Virus record (IMG/VR): IMGVR_UViG_3300042890_000947
Coordinates: 1-64,000 of that record
Length of the DNA: 64,000 nucleotides
From: a virus
Strand: one strand, 5' to 3'
Position numbers and translations under genes: made by a program. Within the stretch, counting starts at the first letter, position 1; the number at the start of each line of letters is the position of its first letter. Below the pieces are notes generated by a model. The model had not been told where the DNA came from, ran no database searches, and saw nothing but the letters and a program-made list of their open reading frames with translations. Shown here piece after piece: positions 51,365-57,187 of the stretch.

Positions 51365-51365
51365 T

Positions 51366-51448
51366 GTCCCCTTGGTGTAATCGGTAGCCACGGCAGACTT
51401 AAAATCTGCTTCTTCGGAGTGCCAGTTCGAGTCTGGCAGGGGACACCA
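51366..51448 (+). tRNA. tRNA-Leu(TAA)
   Basis: GCAGA-CTTAAAA-TCTGC; V-arm; CCA. Confidence 0.9.
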
Positions 51449-51453
51449 ATCAA

Positions 51454-51529
51454 GCGCCTATAGCTCAATGGTTAGAGCTGACGGCTCATAACCGTCTGGT
51501 TCCGGGTTCGAATCCTGGTGGGCGCACCA
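51454..51529 (+). tRNA. tRNA(CAT), probably Ile2
   Basis: GACGG-CTCATAA-CCGTC; body resembles bacterial Ile2. Confidence 0.85.
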
Positions 51530-51545
51530 AATAATGAGGAAAGTA

Positions 51546-51761
51546 ATGAGAGTCCAAATGTCTGTTTTTCGTTCCGATGATATGGATCTCAAAGCTATTG
51601 TATATTACAATCCTCATAATGATCAGTATGAAATCGATTATTGTAAAAATGGATTCTTAGTAACGACCGAATCATATCAAGATCGAGGTCTTATTCATCA
51701 TGAAGATGCGGCCGAGAACTATGTATATGGAATCAAAAAGATTGAAGGTAAAATGTCCTAA
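51546..51761 (+). CDS. hypothetical protein
   Basis: GAGGA SD; EDAAENYVYGI motif. Confidence 0.55.
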   Translation: MRVQMSVFRSDDMDLKAIVYYNPHNDQYEIDYCKNGFLVTTESYQDRGLIHHEDAAENYVYGIKKIEGKMS

Positions 51762-51854
51762 ATGTAAGAAGACTTTCAAAGGAGATGATTATATCGATGC
51801 TCTTTTGAATTGTCCGTACTATACATGTGGACTGAAACAATCTACAGTGAATAA

Positions 51855-51946
51855 TGGCGTGGGTGTTGGTACACAAGAGGGCCTTATAAACCCTTTAGCA
51901 GTAGATGACTGTTCTCGACTAGGATCGAAACCTAGCACGCCAACCA
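51855..51946 (+). tRNA. atypical tRNA-Ile(TAT)-like RNA with long variable arm
   Basis: TGGCGTG/CACGCCA-A-CCA; mini D arm; CTTATAA loop; CTAGG-ATCGAAA-CCTAG. Confidence 0.7.
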
Positions 51947-51956
51947 AATTAGGAAG

Positions 51957-52163
51957 ATGAAGATGATTACGAAGATGGAAATGAATATCGGTGAGATTTT
52001 GGATCTTGCTGCTTGGCTTGAAAAGCACGGCCTAAAGCGAACACACCGAGTTGTAATCGAACAGGAATGTGGCAACGGTATTGGTACCGCGACACAGGCC
52101 AGAGTTAAGACTACTGAATCGGAAGGCATCTTTATCGATATCACCGATTATGATGTATGGTGA
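51957..52163 (+). CDS. hypothetical protein
   Basis: GNGIG...IDITDYDVW motif. Confidence 0.55.
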   Translation: MKMITKMEMNIGEILDLAAWLEKHGLKRTHRVVIEQECGNGIGTATQARVKTTESEGIFIDITDYDVW

Positions 52164-52167
52164 TGAT

Positions 52168-52347
52168 ATGAACGAATGGCTTGATAAAGGACTTTTCTGT
52201 ATTGGTTGGGTCAGCTTTATGTGGATTGCTGATTTGCTTTTGAGTAATACTGGCGTTACGAGTTATGGCGCTCTAATGATTGGTGCTCTATCTATTACAG
52301 CGGTAGGACTTATTAAACAATATCGGGCGAGTGTGGTGAAACGGTAG
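52168..52347 (+). CDS. small membrane protein; stop codon lies inside tRNA-Leu
   Basis: two hydrophobic segments. Confidence 0.45.
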   Translation: MNEWLDKGLFCIGWVSFMWIADLLLSNTGVTSYGALMIGALSITAVGLIKQYRASVVKR

Positions 52348-52408
52348 ACACAGTGGTCTCAAAATCCACCGCGTAAGCATGGGGGTTCAAGTCCCTCCAC
52401 TCGCACCA
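52327..52408 (+). tRNA. tRNA-Leu(CAA)
   Basis: GTGGT-CTCAAAA-TCCAC; CCA. Confidence 0.88.
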
Positions 52409-52427
52409 AAAATAAATTTTATAATAC

Positions 52428-52458
52428 TTGACAATCCAGATTGGATGTGATATAAATA
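52428..52458 (+). promoter_or_regulatory. composite sigma70/late promoter
   Basis: TTGACA-N17-TATAAATA. Confidence 0.7.
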
Positions 52459-52495
52459 AGAATACAAGTTAATAAGAGAATCGTTCCAACAAAAA

Positions 52496-52579
52496 ATGAA
52501 ACACCATTATTGCCCCATTGCGAATAATCAACCAAAAGGTCGTCCATCATGGGCAGGCAACGGGGGTTCTATGATTTGA
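52496..52579 (+). CDS. putative attenuator leader peptide (27 aa)
   Basis: MKHHYCPIANNQPKGRPSWAGNGGSMI between promoter and terminator; contains the antiterminator arm. Confidence 0.55.
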   Translation: MKHHYCPIANNQPKGRPSWAGNGGSMI

Positions 52580-52605
52580 GTCTTGTTACAGACTTAGATT
52601 CTTAA

Positions 52606-52637
52606 AGAACCCCGATGAGGAAACTCTCGGGGTTTTT
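52606..52637 (+). terminator. intrinsic terminator (attenuator)
   Basis: AGAACCCCGA-t-GAG-GAAA-CTC-TCGGGGTTTTT; 5' arm also complementary to 52561-52570. Confidence 0.75.
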
Positions 52638-52641
52638 AGTT

Positions 52642-52717
52642 ATGCGAAATAAACATAGCTGCCATGCAAAACAAAACATTGAAAAACAGACTTGCAGGCA
52701 TTATCTATAGTATGTGA
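52642..52717 (+). promoter_or_regulatory. 76-bp promoter element, copy 2
   Basis: ATGCG-N7-CATAGC-N3-CATGC-N11-TTGAAAA-N6-TTGC-N7-ATCTATAGTAT; same spacing as 48941-49016. Confidence 0.6.
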
Positions 52718-52739
52718 GAGATTGAGAGAAGGAGGGGCG

Positions 52740-52934
52740 ATGCTTCACTTCGTAGGGTTTAAAGGCGACGAATACCTTCGGGCTTGTCGCGTGTTTGGTT
52801 TACCAGATTTCATCCATCCGGGATGGGATCTTCGTGCTCGACGGGAGATAACTCCCGATGATACCGTTGTCTTTGCTACTGGCTCTTTTAATCAGGAGCC
52901 GCGTAGTCGATCCTTTAGTGATCTCAAAGAATAA
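52740..52934 (+). CDS. hypothetical protein
   Basis: AAGGAGG SD; HFVGFKGDEY...FGLPDFIH..WD. Confidence 0.6.
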   Translation: MLHFVGFKGDEYLRACRVFGLPDFIHPGWDLRARREITPDDTVVFATGSFNQEPRSRSFSDLKE

Positions 52935-52985
52935 CGGCTTGCTGATTTACATTGTTAAGTTCCTAGAGATAACGAAAGTTATCTC

Positions 52986-53078
52986 TTCCGAGACACACCA
53001 GACAGGACGACAGGTTGGTTCGAAACGTCTGCGTCCGATACTAGCTTATCGAACTAAACTAGCTGGTGTGTCGCGGAA
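52986..53078 (+). ncRNA. structured spacer RNA (three-way junction, complementary loops)
   Basis: TTCCG-GACACACCAG/CTGGTGTGTC-CGGAA closing stem; loops GGTTCGA and TCGAACT. Confidence 0.5.
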
Positions 53079-53092
53079 GTGATAAGTTTTAT

Positions 53093-53169
53093 TCCCTTGG
53101 AGCCGGGTTGGTACCGGCACCTGACTGTTAATCAGGCCGTTATAGGTTCGAATCCTATTAAGGGAGCCA
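53093..53169 (+). tRNA. tRNA-Asn(GTT)
   Basis: CCTGA-CTGTTAA-TCAGG; CCA. Confidence 0.88.
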
Positions 53170-53173
53170 ATAT

Positions 53174-53248
53174 GCGGGTATAGCTCAGAGGTAGAGCGTC
53201 ACGTTGCCAACGTGAATGTCGTGGGTTCGATCCCCATTTCCCGCTCCA
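53174..53248 (+). tRNA. tRNA-Gly(GCC)
   Basis: TCACG-TTGCCAA-CGTGA; CCA. Confidence 0.9.
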
Positions 53249-53252
53249 ATAC

Positions 53253-53327
53253 GCGCCAGTAGCTCAGTGGTAGAGCAGCGGTCTCTTAAACCGACGGTCA
53301 AGAGTTCAATTCTCTTCTGGCACACCA
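53253..53327 (+). tRNA. tRNA-Lys(CTT)
   Basis: GCGGT-CTCTTAA-ACCGA; CCA. Confidence 0.85.
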
Positions 53328-53333
53328 ATCCAT

Positions 53334-53407
53334 GGTCTTGTAGTGAATGGATATCACACCTCTCTGTCTAAGAGGAGTAACGAGTTTGAGCCTCGTCAAG
53401 ATCGCCA
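53334..53407 (+). tRNA. tRNA-Asp(GTC)
   Basis: CCTCT-CTGTCTA-AGAGG; atypical T-loop TTTGAGC; CCA. Confidence 0.8.
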
Positions 53408-53413
53408 ATAACA

Positions 53414-53567
53414 GCCCACCTCTTGACAATGTGGGTGCCTGACATACGGGCTTGGGGAGAGATATAAAGTATTAAGATATGAAACTCCTCCACCATTTAG
53501 TACGCCGAGCATCCTTCGGGATACGCTGGGTAGGGTTGACGGCACCCTCGCAGTACGAAAGCCGTTA
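53414..53567 (+). ncRNA. two adjacent structured spacer RNAs with possible pseudoknots
   Basis: CCCAC/GTGGG, GCCTG/CGGGC, GGGGAG/CTCCTC-CACCA; UUCG hairpin; loop TGACGGC complementary to GCCGTTA. Confidence 0.4.
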
Positions 53568-53600
53568 TTCTATTAGCGACACAGTGTAACGCTACAGTTT

Positions 53601-53625
53601 TATAAATACTCTCAAAAGGAGTATT
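53601..53625 (+). promoter_or_regulatory. late promoter overlapping an SD-sequestering hairpin
   Basis: TATAAATA; AATACTC/GAGTATT stem covers part of the AGGAG SD. Confidence 0.65.
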
Positions 53626-53627
53626 CT

Positions 53628-53948
53628 ATGAAAATCTGTAAACACTGTGGAGAAGAACACAACATGCGCGGCCTATCGTGTAGAGTTTGTAAGGACAATC
53701 TGTATAACTATAACATGAACAGAAATGATGTTCTTACTCTACATGAGAGTCAAAATGGCAAATGTGCTTTGTGTGATAAAGAAGTTAAGATGTTTAATGG
53801 TGGTAGTTACAAAAGCGGTAACGTTGACCATTGCCATAAAAATGGAACAGTAAGAGGCATACTTTGCCATCAATGTAACACTTTCGTTGGTTACATGGAA
53901 AATAAAGTTCCGTTCTATAAGTTAAAAAGTTATCTGGGTGTAGCGTAA
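53628..53948 (+). CDS. endonuclease VII-like HNH endonuclease (free-standing)
   Basis: QNGKCALC...VDHCH..GTVRGILCHQCN. Confidence 0.85.
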   Translation: MKICKHCGEEHNMRGLSCRVCKDNLYNYNMNRNDVLTLHESQNGKCALCDKEVKMFNGGSYKSGNVDHCHKNGTVRGILCHQCNTFVGYMENKVPFYKLKSYLGVA

Positions 53949-54011
53949 TCTGGTTATCGCGTCTGCTTTGGGAGCAGAAGACTGAGGGTTCAAATCCTTC
54001 CACCCAGACCA
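53934..54011 (+). tRNA. tRNA-Pro(TGG)
   Basis: TCTGC-TTTGGGA-GCAGA; CCA. Confidence 0.9.
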
Positions 54012-54085
54012 ATTTAGTAAGCCCCTAAAGGGAACGCCGGGTCACTCCCGAGCCGAAGCGAAGGAAACTTCGCCGAGTTTTAAAA

Positions 54086-54164
54086 CAGTGTGTAGGGGAG
54101 TCTGGCCGTCCCCACTACCCTTGGAAGGTAGGGATCGGTGGTTCAAATCCACCTACACTGACCA
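54086..54164 (+). tRNA. tRNA-Pro(TGG), second divergent copy (A37)
   Basis: CTACC-CTTGGAA-GGTAG; C1-G72, A73; CCA. Confidence 0.8.
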
Positions 54165-54167
54165 ATC

Positions 54168-54256
54168 GCTGGATTACTATAGAGATGGTAGGTGCACTCT
54201 GTCTCTTGTGCGTACCAGTAGAGGACAGGCTGACACCTCTATAAAAACGCGCCAGC
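54168..54256 (+). ncRNA. structured spacer RNA (three-way junction, complementary loops)
   Basis: GCTGG/CCAGC and TATAGAG/CTCTATA closing stems; loops CTGTCT and GGACAG. Confidence 0.45.
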
Positions 54257-54262
54257 AATTCT

Positions 54263-54337
54263 ATCAGTGTGGTGTAGCGGTAACATGCCGGTCTCCAAAA
54301 CCGTGCGTCTAGGGTTCAAATCCTTACACTGATGCCA
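54263..54337 (+). tRNA. tRNA-Trp(CCA)
   Basis: CGGT-CTCCAAA-ACCG; CCA. Confidence 0.85.
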
Positions 54338-54342
54338 ATAAT

Positions 54343-54417
54343 GGGGTGCTGATGATAACGGGAGCATGCCGCCCTTGCAAGGCGGACGACAGGGTTCGAT
54401 TCCCTGGCATTCCACCA
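54343..54417 (+). tRNA. tRNA-Ala(TGC)
   Basis: CCGCC-CTTGCAA-GGCGG; G3:U70; CCA. Confidence 0.85.
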
Positions 54418-54535
54418 GTTTGACTTGATTACTTACGCTTGAGACACCATCCGCTTGAGGTTGGAATAATGTTATCAAGATAAGTCGCCAAATATCAAGC
54501 ACATTCGTACCGACCGCGTGAGGTACAGCAGTTTT

Positions 54536-54621
54536 GGGTGAGCGGCAACGACGGCGAGTTGCGGCGGACTGTAAATCCCCTGTCTAGTACTTAGTTGGTT
54601 CGAATCCAACCTCACCCACCA
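54536..54621 (+). tRNA. tRNA-Tyr(GTA)
   Basis: GGA-CTGTAAA-TCC; long variable region; CCA. Confidence 0.85.
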
Positions 54622-54627
54622 AATTAT

Positions 54628-54839
54628 CCAGTATTCTAGACATGCTGGAGAGACCTCGCAAGACTATCAGAGGGGAATGCTTGCTAATATCGGATTGCTT
54701 ACCTCAATAAGCGCAATGGGCTGAACCGATAGGGTGTAAAGAATAAGAACTTGCCGAAAGGCATACGAAGCAGGCCTAGTGGTCGGTAGAAATGGCAGGG
54801 CATGAGCCCGTGCGCTCTGGGTGTAGAAATACCCGACCA
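54628..54839 (+). ncRNA. candidate structured ncRNA (~210 nt)
   Basis: multiple hairpins (TCCAG/CTGGA, ATCGG/CCGAT, TGCC-GAAA-GGCA, TGGTCGG/CCGACCA) in an ORF-free spacer. Confidence 0.4.
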
Positions 54840-54849
54840 ATTAATTTAC

Positions 54850-54924
54850 TGGCGCATAGCTCAGAGGTAGAGCACTGTCCTGATAAGACAGGGGTGGAAG
54901 GATCGTTACCTTCTGTGCCAACCA
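54850..54924 (+). tRNA. tRNA-Ile(GAT)
   Basis: CTGTC-CTGATAA-GACAG; T-loop ATCGTTA; CCA. Confidence 0.82.
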
Positions 54925-54925
54925 A

Positions 54926-55315
54926 TTACTGCTGACTTGGAGCAATGTCGTATGGAATACGCTTCTTCTTTTTCTTCGGTGGCGGTGTAGGCTTAGGCAC
55001 AGGCATTACAACAGGCTTCTGCTTTGCTGCCTTAAGTTCCTTGTTGAGTTGATTGATAACAAGTCTTTGATCCTCAACCTTTGTATTAAGATAATCAACA
55101 TCTTCCGTTAGAGTTGTGATCTGACCTTCAAGATCAGTCTTCTCTTTGATAACAACTTCAAGGTTATGTTGTGCTATTGATGCTTGTTCCTGATATTGCT
55201 TAGCCGAGGCATAATAGTTTCTGGCTTCAAATAAAAGATAGAACGTTGTGAAAACTGAAATGGCACAAAGCAAAAGTAATAACAGTGTTGGCATAGTTCT
55301 AAGTCCTTTTTTCAT
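54926..55315 (-). CDS. membrane-anchored coiled-coil protein with Pro/Lys tail
   Basis: N-terminal TM, heptad region, PVPKPTPPPKKKKKR; AGGA SD on the minus strand. Confidence 0.65.
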   Translation of the reverse strand: MKKGLRTMPTLLLLLLCAISVFTTFYLLFEARNYYASAKQYQEQASIAQHNLEVVIKEKTDLEGQITTLTEDVDYLNTKVEDQRLVINQLNKELKAAKQKPVVMPVPKPTPPPKKKKKRIPYDIAPSQQ

Positions 55316-55358
55316 AGTGCTAATCCTGTAGTAGACATTTAAAGTATATAGTTAATAT

Positions 55359-55432
55359 TGGGAGATCGTCTAAAGGTAGGACGCAGGATTTTGATTCCTG
55401 CTATCTAGGTTCGAATCCTAGTCTCCCAGCCA
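55359..55432 (+). tRNA. tRNA-Gln(TTG)
   Basis: CAGGA-TTTTGAT-TCCTG; U1-A72; CCA. Confidence 0.9.
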
Positions 55433-55435
55433 ATT

Positions 55436-55510
55436 GAACCCTTAACTCAGTGGTAGAGTAGCGGGCTTTTAATCCGTCTGTCCTGGGTTCGAATCCCAGA
55501 GGGTTCTCCA
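55436..55510 (+). tRNA. tRNA-Lys(TTT)
   Basis: GCGGG-CTTTTAA-TCCGT; CCA. Confidence 0.88.
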
Positions 55511-55515
55511 AATAT

Positions 55516-55590
55516 GGTTCCATCGACTATCGGTTAGGTCAGGTCCCTTTCAAGGATCAGAGGCGGGTTCGACTCCCGCTGGAACTACCA
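55516..55590 (+). tRNA. tRNA-Glu(TTC)
   Basis: GGTCC-CTTTCAA-GGATC; CCA. Confidence 0.9.
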
Positions 55591-55601
55591 ATCAAGGAGT
55601 T

Positions 55602-55736
55602 ATGATGTTCAAACTCACTTCATTATCTGCTATCGGAGCTAAGTCGTTGGCCAAGCAGTATGTGAGATTCGGTTACAAACTGGTCTCACAAATTTATGAC
55701 AAGAAGAAAGAGATATACATTAGTACATTTAAGTAA
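55602..55736 (+). CDS. small basic protein (44 aa)
   Basis: AAGGAG SD; MMFKLTSLSAIGAKSLAKQY. Confidence 0.5.
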   Translation: MMFKLTSLSAIGAKSLAKQYVRFGYKLVSQIYDKKKEIYISTFK

Positions 55737-55739
55737 TAA

Positions 55740-55815
55740 GGCGGATAGGACAAAGAAGGTAAGTCGTCGGTCTCATAAGCCGAAGGAGTTGGGGCAGATC
55801 CAACATCCGCAACCA
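55740..55815 (+). tRNA. tRNA-Met(CAT), initiator-like
   Basis: TCGGT-CTCATAA-GCCGA; 1:72 mismatch; atypical T-loop GGCAGAT. Confidence 0.7.
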
Positions 55816-55816
55816 A

Positions 55817-55891
55817 CCCGTTTTAGTTCAATGGTTAGAACGCATGTCTGTGGAACATGATACGGTGGTTCGATTCCACCACTCGGGACCA
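55817..55891 (+). tRNA. tRNA-His(GTG) without G-1, A73
   Basis: CATGT-CTGTGGA-ACATG; two acceptor-stem mismatches; CCA. Confidence 0.8.
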
Positions 55892-55944
55892 CTTTGTTCA
55901 TTCATTTGTACATATAGACGCTTCGCGTACAAACGAATAGACAT

Positions 55945-56018
55945 TGCCGGGTCGTCTAACGGTAGGACGCATGACTCTGACTCATGCTATCGTGGTTCGA
56001 ATCCATGCCTGGCAGCCA
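55945..56018 (+). tRNA. tRNA-Gln(CTG)
   Basis: CATGA-CTCTGAC-TCATG; CCA. Confidence 0.9.
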
Positions 56019-56034
56019 GAATAAATAAGTTAAT

Positions 56035-56110
56035 GGAGCCGTAGCAAAACGATTAATGCGCGGGACTGCAAATCCTTGAGGTATCAGTTTGAATCTGATC
56101 GGCTCCTCCA
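56035..56110 (+). tRNA. tRNA-Cys(GCA)
   Basis: GGA-CTGCAAA-TCC; U73; CCA. Confidence 0.82.
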
Positions 56111-56115
56111 ATAAT

Positions 56116-56207
56116 GCATTCGTATCCCCCTCCGCTACGAACGGAGAGAAAGGTAACTGGAAATGGTATAACAACTAATGCAGGTTCGAATCCTGTCGAA
56201 TGCTCCA
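56116..56207 (+). tRNA. D-armless tRNA-Arg(ACG)-like RNA with 33-nt variable region
   Basis: GCATTCG/CGAATGC-T-CCA; CTCCG-CTACGAA-CGGAG; GCAGG-TTCGAAT-CCTGT. Confidence 0.7.
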
Positions 56208-56223
56208 TTAAAGGAAAAAATTA

Positions 56224-56571
56224 ATGAAGCTTATTAAAACTTTAATTGCTACATCATTTTTATTTGTGGCAATGCCTTCTGCTCATGCTACCGTTGCTTC
56301 CTGGTATGATTGTGTGAAACCGGGTGAATGTAGTAAGAGCAAGATTACTGCTAACGGGGAAAGATTTAACCCCAATGCGTTGACAGCGGCGCATAAGACT
56401 CTTCCTTTCGGTACAAAAGTTCGTATTACCTATAAGGGAAGGTCAGTTGTCGTGAGAATAAATGATCGCGGCCCATTTATTAAGGGTCGTCATATTGATC
56501 TTTCCAGGGCTGCTGCTCGGAAGATTGGATGTCATGGAGTTTGTAAAGTACAAATAGCTGTGATAAAATAA
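56224..56571 (+). CDS. RlpA-like DPBB lytic transglycosylase
   Basis: signal peptide; [32 protein letters not shown]. Confidence 0.9.
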   Translation: MKLIKTLIATSFLFVAMPSAHATVASWYDCVKPGECSKSKITANGERFNPNALTAAHKTLPFGTKVRITYKGRSVVVRINDRGPFIKGRHIDLSRAAARKIGCHGVCKVQIAVIK

Positions 56572-56670
56572 TATGTGTTAGAGGTTTGTGAGTGGACTGT
56601 AATTGACTGGAAACTCTCGTTAATCATAAAAGTGGAGGGCGTAACCACTATAAGAAATCGCATCGAATTT

Positions 56671-56758
56671 GGATAGATGGCCGAGCGGCTGAAGGCGCCA
56701 GTCTTGAAAACTGGAGAACAGAAATGTTTCGTGGGTTCGAATCCTACTCTATCCGCCA
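56671..56758 (+). tRNA. tRNA-Ser(TGA)
   Basis: CCAGT-CTTGAAA-ACTGG; V-arm; G73 CCA. Confidence 0.92.
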
Positions 56759-56761
56759 CTT

Positions 56762-56867
56762 TCGGGACGCAGCCAGAGTAACTGAGACAACTGGCTTAAT
56801 GAGTAACTGCTGGCAAAGCCGCTAAATGACTTTCTCAGGTCGTGCAGAGGCTCACGTACCCGATCCA
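56762..56867 (+). ncRNA. CCA-terminated structured RNA with complementary loops
   Basis: TCGGG-ACG/CGT-a-CCCGA-TCCA closing stem; loops CTGAGA and TCTCAG. Confidence 0.5.
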
Positions 56868-56884
56868 ATTAAAAGGAAAACAAT

Positions 56885-57031
56885 ATGAGTAAAGACTGTG
56901 GTTGCGGAAGAAGTCCAACTGGAAAATGTATTGGTTGGCATGGGTTGACAAACGAAGATTATTCTGCTAAACTTAAAGAATACGAAAAGAAGCAGTTAAT
57001 GGAATCTGCCCCACAACTACTAAAGGAATAA
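56885..57031 (+). CDS. CDGSH-like iron-sulfur domain mini-protein (48 aa)
   Basis: CGCGRSPTGKCIGWH (3Cys-1His); AAGGA SD. Confidence 0.65.
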   Translation: MSKDCGCGRSPTGKCIGWHGLTNEDYSAKLKEYEKKQLMESAPQLLKE

Positions 57032-57033
57032 AT

Positions 57034-57109
57034 GTGTTCTTGGTGAAGCTGGTGCTCACGTTCGCCTGAAGAGCGAAAGAACTCTGTTCGATCCAGAGAG
57101 AACACACCA
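57034..57109 (+). tRNA. tRNA-Phe(GAA)
   Basis: TTCGC-CTGAAGA-GCGAA; CCA. Confidence 0.82.
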
Positions 57110-57121
57110 AATCGCATATAT

Positions 57122-57129
57122 TATAAATA
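57122..57129 (+). promoter_or_regulatory. T4-type late promoter
   Basis: TATAAATA upstream of ORF 57188. Confidence 0.5.
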
Positions 57130-57187
57130 AGTATATACACTATGTTGTATGTTACTAATACGTAATCGTGAAAAGAGGAATACAAAA

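Noticed and set aside
51855-51946. Reading the odd tRNA as a TTA ochre suppressor, or stop-codon recoding
   Set aside because: The loop centre is TAT in both the 7- and 9-nt readings; genes are intact under code 11 and TAA is the main stop.
54020-54080. Small hairpins GGG/CCC and GCGAAG-GAAA-CTTCGC between the Pro tRNAs
   Set aside because: Too short to call as an ncRNA or terminator; the T run is not adjacent to the stem.
55894-55943. Imperfect hairpin between tRNA-His and tRNA-Gln
   Set aside because: A single AT-rich stem with no further features; may be only a processing spacer.
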